DNA from: Mobula birostris
Lineage: Eukaryota
Assembly: GCF_030028105.1 (NCBI RefSeq)
Contig: NC_092383.1
Location: 86,385,921 to 86,449,920 of the forward strand
Direction: 5' to 3'
Length of the DNA stretch: 64,000 nt
Part shown: positions 1-12,049 of the stretch, in pieces
Numbering within the stretch: the stretch's first letter is position 1
How the letters are laid out: each line of letters begins with the position of its first letter
Made by a program: the position numbers and the translations under genes
The notes under the pieces: model-generated
The model's database searches: none
Seen by the model: only the letters and a program-made list of their open reading frames with translations
Told to the model about the DNA's origin: nothing

Positions 1-1005
1 AGTGGTGTTCCACAGTGATTTGCTCTGGGACCCCTCCTCTTTGTGATTTTTATAAATGACCTGGATGAAGAAGTGGAAGGGTGGGTTAGTCAGTTTGCTG
101 ATGACACAAAAGTTGGGGGTGTTGTGGATAGTCTGGAGGGTTGTCTGAGGTTAGAGTGCGATGTCGATAGGATGCAGAACTGGACTGAGAAATAGCAGAT
201 GGACTTCAACCCAGATAAATGTGAAGTGATTTATTTCAGGAGGTCAAATTTGAAGACAGAATATAATGTTAATAGTAAGACTCTTGGCAGTGTGGAGGAT
301 CAATGTGATTTTGGGATCTGTGTCCATAGGGGACTCTAAGCTGCCGTGCAGGTTGACTGTGTTGTTAAGAAGGTGTATGGTATTTTGGCCTTCATCAACC
401 ATGGGATTGAGTTTCAGAGCTGTGACGTAATTTTACAGCTATATAAGACCTTAGTTAGACTTCATTTGGAGTACTGTCTTCAGTTCTGGTCACCTCACTA
501 CAGGAAGGATGTGGATACTCTAGAGACAGTGCAAAGTAGATTTAAAAGGATGTTGCCTGGATTGGAGATCATGCCCAATGAGAACAGGTTGAGTGAACTT
601 GTCCTTTTCTTCTTGGAGTTACAGAAGATGAGAGATGACCTGAAAGAGGTGTGTAAGATGATGAGAGGCATTGATCGTGTGGATAGCCGGAGGCTTTTAC
701 CCCAGGCTGAAATGGCTAACATAAAGGATCATAGTTTCAAGGAGTTTGGAAGTAGGTACAAGGTCTAAGTGAGAGGTAAATTTTTCCACACAGAGTTGTC
801 ATTGTGCAGTATGCACTGCCGGCAATGGTGGTGGAGGTGGGATTCAATAGGGTCTTTTAAGAGACTCGTAGATAAGTAAATGGAGCTCAGAAAAATAGAG
901 AGCTATTTGGAAATTCTAGGCAGTTTCTAGAGTAGGTTACATGGTTGGCACAACTTTGTGGGCCGAAGGGCCTGTAATGTGCTGTAAATTTCTGTGATCT
1001 ATGCT
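1..1005 (+). mobile_element. CR1-type LINE, 3' RT portion and 3' UTR, decayed
   Basis: FADDTK-like RT motif near the start; ORF 346-768 HLEYCLQFWSPHYRKDV is the typical CR1 ORF2 C-terminus; CR1-like 3' tail near 960-1005. Confidence 0.9.
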
Positions 1006-1259
1006 CAAAAATGCGTTACTGTAGATAAGTAATCATGCACCTTATTAAAGCTCAAAAAGTTTAAAGTAAATTTATTATCAAAATTTGAAAATATCACTAT
1101 ATATGAAGAAAGTGTAATTCTGAAAAGTGGAGAAAAAGAAAACAGTTCTGTTATTTGTAGCAACACACACAAAATGCTGGGGGAATTTCACAGGCCAGGC
1201 AGCATCAATGGAAAAGAGTACAGTCAATATTTCATATAGATTAGTAGAGTACAGGATGA

Positions 1260-1812
1260 GTCTTTCGGCATACAATACTCAGACAATCTATGTTCCATGA
1301 TCAGTCTAATTCATCCCTCCTACATAGCCCATAACACATTATTTTTCATACATACATGTGCGTGCCTATCTGCAAGTCTCTTAAATGTTCCTATTATATC
1401 AGCCTCTACTCCCATGCCTGCCATGCATTTCAGGGACACACCAATCTGTGTAAAAAAAAACTTGCCTGTTATATTACCCCTAAACTTTCTTCCAATCACC
1501 TTAAATGGACGTCCTCTGGTATTGGTCATTGTCACCACGGGAAAGGGGTGCTGGCTGTCCACTCAATCTATGGCTTACACTCTACAATACTCCAAGGGTG
1601 ATCAAATCAGAGTTTTACAGAGCTGCACCATTACCTTGCAGCTCTGGAAATCAGTCCCCAGTGCATCACACACCTTCTTTAACATTCTTTTAACTCGTGC
1701 AGCAACTTCGAGGAATCAACATACTTGGACCCCAATATCCCTCTGTACCTCCACATTGCTCAGAGTTCTGCCATTGACCTTGCAATCTGCCTTCAAGTTC
1801 AATCGTCCAAGG
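1260..1812 (-). mobile_element. Decayed CR1 3' fragment, paralogous to 51.06-51.45 kb and 55.97-56.64 kb
   Basis: Minus-strand ORF has FKVIGRKFRGNITGKFFFTQ (CR1 C-terminus); shares the same internal deletion junction as the 56.3 kb copy. Confidence 0.75.
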
Positions 1813-1814
1813 TG

Positions 1815-2760
1815 TACTGTCCTCTTATTTTTGTCTCCCCGACATGCTCTTTGTATGAGTCCTACTTTATTGCAACTTCTGCAAGTTTCACCTTTAAACC
1901 TGCATTTCTTTGGTGAATGTGAGCCCCTGACACAATGCTAACACAATTTGTTCAGCCTGGCCAGTTTGTGTTCGGATATTGCAAATTGTTTACACTAACT
2001 TTCATTCTTGACTACAATTCAATTGCATCCCTGTCTGTGGTTTCCTTTGAAACAACAATTTTAGATGTTCTGTTGAATGTGAGTTGTGCTTCAGTTAAGA
2101 GCTATTTTTGACTGCTTTCTTGTAAGATTCCACAAACTAAATAATCTTTCAGTGCATCATCAAGCCCAACATTGAGCTGATAATACTCAGATAATCTCTT
2201 CAATTCAGCCACAAACGCTGAAGTGGACTCCCCTTCTTTCTGATTCTGCAAATGAAACCTAAAGCTTTCTGTAATTGATAATAACATTGTTTCTAAATGT
2301 TCTAAATTTCTGCTGGTTTGTTTGGAGCAGTCTAAATTTCAAAGCAAACTGTATGCCTTTAAAGGCAAAGTACTCAGCAAAATTGGCACTTGTTTCTCGG
2401 TATCTATTATATTTGCTTCAAACTATTGTTGAATTAACTCAGTATACACAGTCCGATTGTCTGGTGTGGAATCAAACGAGCCCGTCTTTCTGATGTAGCC
2501 AGCTGTTTGTGCTGTTTTAAATGATAATTAGCATCTGGTTCTCACTCTTTATGAATGGATGAATTCTTCTGATTTCTGATGTTTTTAAAACTTGATTGTG
2601 TTCTCCATTCAGAAGAACATGTGCTGTGCTGCTTTTCTATTAATTTGGACCACCTCTGCACGTGCTGTGCTACAATTTCTTTTACTTGCAATGTTTTTTT
2701 ACTTCAAATCTTTTGCTGCACTTCAGCAGGTTGACAGCCATCTAACATTCATTTTAAAGA
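1815..2760 (-). mobile_element. Gypsy LTR retrotransposon gag, decayed and 3'-truncated
   Basis: SFRFHLQNQKEGESTSAFVAELKRLSEY...LKDYLVCGI gag motif; CCHC-knuckle remnant (CRFKGETCRSCNKVGLIQRAC) near 1830-1900; in-frame stops. Confidence 0.85.
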
Positions 2761-2774
2761 TACGTCGTCACCAA

Positions 2775-3098
2775 TGCTATGTTTTGTAACTTCAAAACAT
2801 CAATCTAATTCAAAAGAAAATATGGGAGTCAGGGAATGTGGGTCTAACTTCGTTCTTCATTTCAAACGAGGCGTGCATGTATCATGTGAATTGCATACAT
2901 CATCATGCTAGCTCATATTTTATGATCTTATGGTCTTGATTCCATTAAGAAAATCCAGGAGCCTAAATGTGATCTGTTCACTACGTTTGAATTTCATTCT
3001 CAACTAAACCAAAAGGATAAATTACTTATTAATATCAACAATTTATTAATAAGAATATTAACAGATTATTTATTAGTTATTGAAACATACAACAACAA
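2775..3098 (-). mobile_element. Gypsy 5' LTR with adjacent primer-binding site (2762-2773)
   Basis: TG...CA ends; minus strand reads ...CATAGCA T TGGTGACGACG just inside the LTR; similar to the LTR at 57871-58351. Confidence 0.75.
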
Positions 3099-3099
3099 C

Positions 3100-5292
3100 C
3101 TCAGGCATATGAATCCACAGTGTGATCGCGGGACCATCGCAGCACGAGGAGGAACGAGGGGCTCGGGAGAGCGCTGAGAGCTGGGAAGCAGCTGAGGAGC
3201 TGAGGTGAGTGTGCTTGAAAAGGAGCGTGGAGGGCAACTGAAGGATTAATCAGAGTGTTGATTAGTCGATTGGAGGAGTGAGTACTTGAGATAATTGGCA
3301 GGGACAAATATAAGGAGGGGCAACTAAAGAGGAGCGGCCAGTGTGTGAGTGGCTCAGGGTAGGAGTGGAGCTTTGAGGCTTTGGCGAGCAGAGGCTGAGG
3401 ACAAGCTTGCTCCCAGTGAGGTAAGGCCGGGTAAGTTCCTTTAATTAACTTAGGAGTAGGTAATGGAGGCAGCAGTTAGGGCAGTCGAGTGCTCCGTTTG
3501 CAGTATGTGGGAAGTCAGGGACAGCACAATTGTCCCTGATGACTACACCTGTAAAAGGTTCATCCAGCTGCATCTCCTGACAAACCGAGTTAGGGAACTG
3601 GAGCTGGAGCTGGATGAACTTCGGATCATTCCTGAGGCTGAGGCAGAAATAGACAGGAATTTCAGGGAGACAGTCACCCCTAAAAGTCAGGAGGCAGGTA
3701 GTTGGGTGACTGTCAGTAGAGGGAAGGGGAATAGACAGAAAGAGCAGAGCACCCCAGTGGCCGTTCCCATCAACAATAAGTATACCAATTTGGATACTGT
3801 TGGTGGGGGCGACCTACTGGGGACAAGTTGTAATGGTCACGTCTCCGGCACCGAATCTGGACCCTCAGCTCAGAAGGGAAGGAGGGAGTAGAGGAGAGTA
3901 GTAGTGATAGGGGATTCAATAGTTAGGGGGACAGATAAGAGGTTCTGTGGAAGAGATCGAGATCACGGATGGTCTGTTGCCTCCCTGGTACCAGGGTCTG
4001 CGATATCTCAGATCGAGTTCTCGGCCTTCTCAGGAGGGAGGGTGAGCAGCCAGATGTCGTGGTCCATGTAGGGACTAATGACGTGGATAGGAAGGAGGAG
4101 GAGGTCCTGCAAAGAGAGTTTAGAGAGTAAGGTGCAAAGTTGAAGGACAGGACCTCCAGGGTTGCAATCTCAGGATTGCTACCCATGCCACATGCTAGTG
4201 AGGCTAGAAATAGGAAGATAATGCAGCTAAATACGTGGCTGAGGAGATGGTGCAGGAGGGAGGGCTTCATGTTTCTGGACAATTGGGCTTTGTTCCAGGG
4301 AGGGTGGGATCTGTTCCAATGGGACGGTTTGCACCTGAACAGGAGGGGGACTAACATCCTTGTGGAACCTTGGTTTTCAAGGGATATTGATGATCTGATT
4401 AAGAAAAATAAAGAAGTGTATAGCAGGTATAGGCAACAAGGAACAAATGAGTTACTTGAAGAGTATAGAAAATGTAAGAAAATACGAAAGAAGGAAATCA
4501 GGAAGGCAAAAAGAAGACATGAGGTTGCTTTGGCAGATAATGTGAAGGTAAACCCGAAGGGTTTCTACAAGTATATTAAGAGTAAAAGGATAGTAAGGGA
4601 CAAAATTGGTCCCCTAGAAGATCAAAGACCAATGAGAAAAATGGGCCAGAAAATGTTAGATAGAATTTAATGCAGCCAAGTGTGAAGTGTTCCATTTTGG
4701 AAGGACAAATCAAAGTAGGACATACACAGTAAATGGTAGGGCACTGAGGAGTGTAGAGGAACAAAGGGGTCTAGGAGTTCAGATGCATAATTCCCTGAAA
4801 GTGGTATCACAGGTAGACAGGGTTGTAAAGAAGGCTTTTGGCATCCTGGCATTCATAAATTAAAGTATTGAGTATAGGAGTTGGAATGTTATGGTGAGGT
4901 TGCATAAGACATAGGTGAGGCCAAATTTGGAGTATTGTGTACAGTTCTGGTCACCTAACTATAGGAAGGATATCAGTAAGATTGAAAGAGTGCAGAAAAG
5001 ATTTACGAGAATGTTGCCGGGTCTTCAGGAGTCGAGTTACAGGGAAAGATTGAACAGGTTAGGACTTTATTCTTTGGAGCATAGAAGAATGAGGGGAAAT
5101 TTGATAGAGGTTTACAAAATTATGAGGGGTGTAGACAGAGTAGATGTGAGTAGGCTCTTTCCACTTAGATTAGGAGAGATAAATATGAGAGGACATGGCT
5201 TTAGAGTGAAAGGGGAAAGGTTTAGGGGGAACTTCTTCTCTCAGAGAGTGGTGGGAGTGTGGAATGAGCTGCCATCTGACATGGTAAATGAC
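3100..5292 (+). mobile_element. CR1 LINE with 5' UTR, ORF1 (zinc-finger-like plus SGNH esterase) and internally deleted ORF2
   Basis: ORF1 from 3463 VECSVCSMWE...YTCK; GDSIVRG and DGLHLN esterase motifs; stops at about 3889 and 4128; jumps to ORF2 pieces near 4360 and 4630; HLEYC-type RT end 4915-5295. Confidence 0.92.
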
Positions 5293-5543
5293 TGACGAGA
5301 GGTTAATTCTCCATAAATGTTAAATTTGCAGAAATTCTGAAGAAGTATGAATACTTGATCCTGTTGCGAGATTTCAACACAATCTGTGTGATCCCAAAGC
5401 CTTCACTTTACCTTATAGACCACTCTGGGAGGATCTGATTCATCAGGTTTCTGTAAAAGGCAACGGTCAAATCATCAGACTCATTGACACTGGGAACTCT
5501 GCTTTAGAGTCGTATCTGGAGCTTGGACTCCAATATATTCACA

Positions 5544-5600
5544 TCAAACATTCTGCACACATACAGTTGTCAACATCTTGTCAATATCATCTGCAGATAG
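5544..5600 (-). CDS. Probable terminal cytoplasmic exon of the Ig receptor (LSADDIDKMLTTVCVQNV*)
   Basis: AG acceptor at 5601-5602, about 100-nt intron after the TM exon, phase 0 matches the TM exon end. An alternative acceptor 10 nt further gives MILTRC*. The tail is short and Tyr-free either way. Confidence 0.5.
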   Translation of the reverse strand, partial: LSADDIDKMLTTVCVQNV

Positions 5601-5704
5601 CTTTGGATTGACCATTGGATAAGAAATAGTCAATGTGTTTAAATATCTTCCCTCAAATGATCAGTATATTTGAAAGCAAATTCCATTGACGTCCAGAAAC
5701 CTAC

Positions 5705-5795
5705 CTTAGTTTCCCTTGTGAACCATGAGACTGAAATAGTGCAGATCAGCAGCAGTGTGAAGAGCAGCCAACGACCAACCTTCCATATCATGAAA
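5705..5795 (-). CDS. Transmembrane exon of the Ig receptor (FMIWKVGRWLLFTLLLICTISVSWFTRETK)
   Basis: Polypyrimidine acceptor ttctgtatctcttcccctttgctcag, donor AAG|GTAGGT; 91 nt, phase 2 to phase 0; hydrophobic run with N-terminal Lys/Arg. Confidence 0.8.
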
Positions 5796-6214
5796 CTGAG
5801 CAAAGGGGAAGAGATACAGAACTGATGAGACAAAACGAGATGGCTCTGTGTTTGAAACATTTACCTTCTGTTTCCTCTGTAACCTTAGTGGAGTGGAGCT
5901 CGGTAGATAAGCACAGGCAGACGAGTTTAATTAGAAGAGTAAACTAGTGTTGACAGAACGATGAGTAGGAGAAAGGAGAAAAACCTGATCATCATCTGGA
6001 ACAAAACCACATTTTCTCGAGGCAGTGGCAACATCTTGGATTGCAGTCATTCATTGATACTATTATGATTGTTGGAATTACTGAGTATGCCCGCTAGAAA
6101 ATGAATCTCAGGGTTGTATAATAAATTTATTTTGAGCTTTGAAATCTTTTCTGCATTACATCTAGTTCAATAACATTTTTTTTTAGCAGAATACCAACTT
6201 CTCCTCTCGTGTCA

Positions 6215-6404
6215 TCACTGATTATTATTCTTCCATATTGTTCACTTTGCCCATTTGTATTCACTAACAATGTGCTCTGGCGGTTCTACATGTGGCACAA
6301 ATACTTTGTGTGTGAACGGTATATTGGTGCATAGTGACAATCGATTGTGACCACTCTTCCCCACAACTCCTCTTATTTATCTTCTGCCCATAAACCACAC
6401 AAAA
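6215..6404 (-). pseudogene. CD300/pIgR-type V exon remnant V1 (pseudo, 3'-truncated)
   Basis: Homologous to V3 (TIDCHYAPIYRSHTKYLC); two in-frame stops (TAA, TAG), compensating 1-nt indels, no second half or donor. Confidence 0.85.
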
Positions 6405-7489
6405 CTGAGGGAGAAATTCTTCAGAAAATTTACAGGTAAAATTAAATTTACACAAGTAGATTCAAGATTGTTTAATGTCATTTCTTGTATACAAATGTAA
6501 AGGAGAACAAAATCATTGTTCCTCTCGATCTGAAGCAGCACAAAAACAAAAAAAAATAAAGAAAGCAATAATAATAATAAAAGATGTTTTACTTAAAGCC
6601 TCTTTTGCACATTGGACATTTGTCGGACTTTGTTGTGTGTGGTTTGTCATGGATTCTATTGTGTTTCTTTGTTTTGTGCATGTGTGAAAGAAGATGAATC
6701 TCTAGGTCGTTTATGGTGTACATACTTTGATAATAAGTTTACATTGAATTTTGAACTTGGAAAGTGGCTAGTGGGATGACTGATGGAATTGAACTCAGGC
6801 AGTGTGAAATGATGAATTTTGGGAAATTGAACAAGGGCAAACCTTACGCAGTAGAGAACTAGGTGTGCAACTACACCGATACCTGAAAATGGTAAGACAG
6901 ATACCTGAAAGTGGCAACACAGGCAGACAAAGTGCTGAACAAGGAATATGACCAGCTTGCCTTCATATGATGGGGCATTAATACAGTTGTGATGGCATGT
7001 TAGAGCTATAAAGGACATTGTCACGATCTCAACTTGAATACTCTGTGTAGTTCCATAGGAAGAGTGTGATTAAATTAGAGAAGGTACAGAAAGCATTCAC
7101 AAAGATGCTGCTAGGACTGGAGGGTTTGGGTTATGGACAGGCTCGGACAGTTTGAAACTTGGATGTGCAAGTTCAACTATGTTTGAAATGCTCCACATTT
7201 GAATGGAGTAAGTGACAGATTATAACATTGCATTAAGGTAGTACAAGGGGAAACAGTAAGAGAATGCAGAATAAAGTGTTACAGTTACAGAGAAAGTGCC
7301 ATGCAGTAGACAATAAGCTGCAAGCCCAGTTAGATTATAAGATCAAACACCCATTTTATCATACTACGAGAGCATCCAATAGTTTTGTAACAGTGAGAAA
7401 GAAGCTGTCCTTGAAGCTTGTGGTACATGCTTTCAGACTCTTGTAATTTCTGCCCAATATCAGGGGAGAGGAAGAGAGTACGTCAGTGG

Positions 7490-10171
7490 CTAAAAGATGG
7501 CTGCTATTGAGAGCTGAATGTCCAAGGATCTACTGTGTATTGGAAAGATAGGTTGATAGGCAGAAGGGGTGGTGTGGCCCTGTGTATAAGAAATAATATT
7601 AAATCATTAGAAAGGGATGACAGAGGATTGGAAGGTGTAGGGTCTCTATGAGTTGAGTTAAGAAATGTCAAGGGTAAAAGGACCCTAATGGCAGTTGTGT
7701 ACAGACCTTCAAACTGCAGCTGGGATGTGGATTACAAACTTCAGCAGGAGATAAAAAAGGCATGTCATAAGGGCAATATCATGATAACCTTCAGGGATTT
7801 TTACATGAAAACGTCTGGGGAAAGCCAGGTCAGTACTTGACCTCAAGAGAGAGGATTTGTAGAATGTCTAAGGCATAGTTTTTTAAAACAGCTTGTTATT
7901 GAGCCCACTTGGGGATAGGTTGTGCTGGATTGGGTGTTGTGCAATGATCCGGAGGTGATAAAGAGAGCTAAAGGTTAAGGAACCCTTAGGGAACAGTGAT
8001 CACAATATGATCATTCACTTTGAAATTTGAGAAGAAGAAACTAAATTCAAATGTGTTGGTATTTCAGTGGAATAAAGGAAATTACAATGGCATGAGAGGG
8101 GAACTGGCCAAAGTTGACTGGAAAGGGACACTAGCAGGAAGGACAGCAGAGCAGCAATGATTGGAGTTTCTGCGAAAAATGAGGGAAGTGCAAGGCAGAT
8201 ATATTCCAAATAAGAAGAAATTTTCAAATGGAAGGATGATACTACCATGGCTGACAAGTGAAGTCAGAGCCAAAGTAAAAGCAAAAGAGAGGGCATACAA
8301 GGAAGCCAGAGCTAGTGGGAAGATAGAGAATTGGGAAGATTTGAAAGACTTACAGAAGGAAACTAAGAAGGTCATTAGGAAGGAAAAGATGAATTATGAG
8401 AATAAGCTGGTAACTAATATCAAAAAAGATACTAAAGGCTTTTTTAAGTATATAAAGGGTAAAAGGGAGTCGAGGGTAGATATAGGGCCAATAGGAAAAT
8501 GCCGTTGGAGATATTGTAATGATAGACACAGAGATGGCATATTTTGCAACAGTTTTCACAGTGGAAGACCTCTGCAGTATACCTGATTTTCAAGAGTGTC
8601 AGGGAAGTGAAGTATGTGCAGTGAAAATTATGACTGAGAAGGTGCTCAAGAAGCTTAATGGTTTGAATGTGGATAAATCTCCTGGACCTAATGGAATGTA
8701 CCCTTGGGTTCTGAAGGAAGTAGCTGGAGAGATTGTGGAGGCATTAGCAGTAATCTTTCAAGAATAAATATTTCTGGCATTGTACCAGATGACTGGAAAA
8801 TTGCAAATGTTATTCCGCTATTTAGGAAGGGTGGGAGGCAGCAGAAAGGAAACTGTAGGCCTGTTATCCTGACATCAGTGGTTGAGAAGTTTTTGGAATT
8901 GATTGTTAGGGATGAAATTACAGAGTACCTGGAGGCATATTGCAAGATAGGCCAAAGCTAGCAGAGTTTCCTGAAAGGAAAATCCTGCCTGACTAACCTA
9001 CTGCAATTTTTTGAAGAAATTACTAGCAGGGTAGGCAAAAGAGATGCAGTGGATGTGGTGCACTTGGATCTTCCGAAGGCCTTTGACAAGGTTCCACACA
9101 TGTGGCTATTTAGCAAGTTAAGAGCCCAAGGAATTACAGGGAAGTTACTAGCATGGGTGGAGTATTGGCTGATCGGTAGAAACAGAGAGTGGTAATAAAG
9201 GGATCCTATTCTGGCTGGCTGCCAGTTACCAGTGGAGTTGCACAGGGTTTGGTGTTGGGACTGCTGCTTTTTACAATGTACATCAATGATTTGGTCTATG
9301 GGATTAATGGATTTGTAGCTAAATTTGCTGATGATACAAAAATAGGTGGAGGAGCGGGTAGTGTTGAGGAAACAGAGAGCCTGCAAAGAGCCTTAGATAG
9401 TTTAGGGGAATGGGCAAAGAAGTGGCAAATGAAATACAATGTTGGAAAGTGTATGGTCATGCACTTTTGTGGAAAAAATAAATGGGCAGACTAGTATTTA
9501 GATGGGGAGATAATTCAAATTGCAGAGATGCAAAGGGACTTGGGAGTCCTTCTGCAGGATACTCTAAAGGTTAACCTTCAGGTTGAGTCAGTGATGATGA
9601 AGGCGAATGCAATATTGGCATTCATTTCTAGAGGTATAGAATACAAGAGCAGGGATGTGATGTTGAGGGATTATAAGAGAATGATTCCAGGAATGAAAAA
9701 GTTACTATATGGGAAACGTTTGGCAGCTCTTGGGCTGAATTCCCTGGAGTTCAGGAAAATAAGGGGGGATCTCATAGAAACATTCTGTATGTTAAAAGGC
9801 CTGAATGGATTCGAAATGGCAAAGTTATTTCCCATGGGAGGGGAGTCTAGGACAAGAGGGCGTGACTTCAGGATTGAAGGATGTCCATTTAGAACAGAAA
9901 TGCAGAGAAGTTACTTTAGTCAGAGAGTCGTAAATCTGTGGAATTTTTTGCCATGAGCAGCTGTGGAGACCAAGTCATTTTGTGTATTTAAGGCAGAGAT
10001 AGATAGGTTCTTGTTTAGCTAGGGTAATCAAGAGGTATGGGTAATAAAGGGTATGGGGAGAAGGCAGGCGAGCGGGGATGACTGGACGAATTGGATCAGC
10101 CCATGATTGAATGGCAGAGCAGACTCGGTGGGCCAAATGGCCTACTTGTGCTCCTTTATCCTATGGTCTTA
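7490..10171 (+). mobile_element. CR1 LINE ORF2 (endonuclease through RT) plus 3' UTR, multiply disrupted
   Basis: ORF pieces PWLTSEVRAKVK, KSPGPNGMYPWVLKE, KFADDTKIGG, QRVVNLWN; 3' tail ending ...cctatggtcttat. Confidence 0.92.
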
Positions 10172-10929
10172 TCGGTAATTGGGTCTTCAATTAGATTGGC
10201 TGCTTTACCATGTCAGTGAAGTGTATTAAAATCAATTAAAAATATAAATTATTACAAATATCCATAAAGTATAATTATGTATGTATGAACGTGTATAACA
10301 ATCAGGATGTGGGGAGAAGCTGAGGTAATATCTACAGATCCCTCTGCACTCACAATTGAAGGATCTAATAAAGGAAACACTGCCTCTGCTTAAAACCAGC
10401 TCTCCTACAAAAGTCAACTCCCTCCTAATTCCATACTGGTTTGGACATTGATTGTTGAGTTCTCACTGGTGTCACGTCAAAATCTTTTCCCCTCTGGACT
10501 GTGGAACATCTTCAACAGACCCAGTAGAAAGCCTGCAGTGAATGTATCAGGGCAAACAGTTTGACATCACATGAGCTCCTCCAAGCACACATTGTAGATG
10601 GAGATGTCTCCTGCTGTTACATAACCAGCACATAGAGAAATAACTTGAAATGTGATGTCCTCAGCCAGTAATTGAGCAGGAACTTTGCCTTGCTGTGACT
10701 TTCGCTGCTGTGGAACCAGTGGTAAAGAAGCTTTGCAAGTTCTTGGCCAGTACAGCTCAACTTATGTCATGGGATAGAGTTAGCCATGGAACTGTCAGAG
10801 TAAATGCTACAGGGAGCACCCTCTGAGTCATGACAAATGGAGGAACATGTTCTAATTTCCTCATCACAGACATAGCACAGCAGTGTGATGTAAACATGAC
10901 GCTATTTCCATTCTGATGAGCTGCAGATC

Positions 10930-11740
10930 AGGAAGGTTCAGGGATGCCACTTTCCTGTAAGAATGAAGTGCAAGTCTGGCAGGATTAGGAAATCCTGGCT
11001 GACAAGGGATATTGAGATTCTGGTCAGGAAAAATAAGGCATCGGCAGTGAATCCCTTGAGGAATGTAAGAGATATAGGTATACAATTAAAAGAGATCAGG
11101 AAAGCAAATAGAGTATGTGAGATAACATAAGCAGATAAGGTAAAAGAATTCTGAGAGTCTTACACGTCTATTAAAAGGAGAAGAGCAACAAGGAAGAGAT
11201 TAAGTTCCCATAACGATTAATGTGATCATCCATATGTGGAGCTACAGGAGACTGGTGAGGTCTTAAATTAATATTTCTTGTCTGTATTTACTGTGGAGCA
11301 GGTCATGGAAGATAGGAATTAAGGGAAATGAATAGTGTTCTATTGGAACATATCATTACAAAAGAAGAGTTGCTGGCAGTCTTGAAGAATATAATTTTCA
11401 GATAATCTCATAGGGCCTGAGCAAGTGTAGCCCAGGATATTATGAGGAGCTAGGGAGAAATTACTAAGGCCTTGGCAGAGATATCTGCATCACCCAGCCA
11501 TAAGTGAGGGAACAGAAGTGTGGAGGATTAATGGCAAATATTGTGGCTTTATGTAAAGAAGGGGTACAAAGGCACGCCAGGAAGCTGCATGTCAGTGAGA
11601 CCAACATCACTGGTCGGAACCTTACAAGAGAGGATTCTGAGAAATAGAGTCGACTAGCAATTGGATAAGCAAGGACTGATGAGGAATAGTCTGCATGGGA
11701 AATCAGATCTCACCAATATGAATGAGCATTTGAAGAGGTG
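10930..11740 (+). mobile_element. Old decayed CR1 ORF2 fragment
   Basis: Degenerate matches to the CR1 linker and early RT region (ggagctagggagaaatt, ggcaaatattgtggcttta). Confidence 0.6.
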
Positions 11741-12049
11741 ACAGTGTCACGATGTACGCTGGCAATGTTGGAACCCAATTGCACAGGAAATCCAGACTCC
11801 AATGTGGAGACGGAGACCAAAGTTTATTCATAGGAATTCCAACAGAATGTCAATGGCTGAGCGGCAACTGCAAGACTGAACGCTCTCAAATTGGACCCCG
11901 CTATTAGCGCTAATCAGGCATCCGCTTAAGTAATACAAGTAATATGGAATTCCTGAGCCTATCAAAATGATGGAACGCACACCATGATGGACTCTTTATT
12001 GTCACCAGATATTTTAACCACGTGAACCTTAAGTCAGTGCTCCCCAGAT

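Noticed and set aside
10354-10404. 51-nt phase 1-1 exon candidate (GELVLSRGSVSFIRSFN)
   Set aside because: It lies downstream of the phase-2-ending connector exons, so it does not fit the model. Weak acceptor and a single copy.
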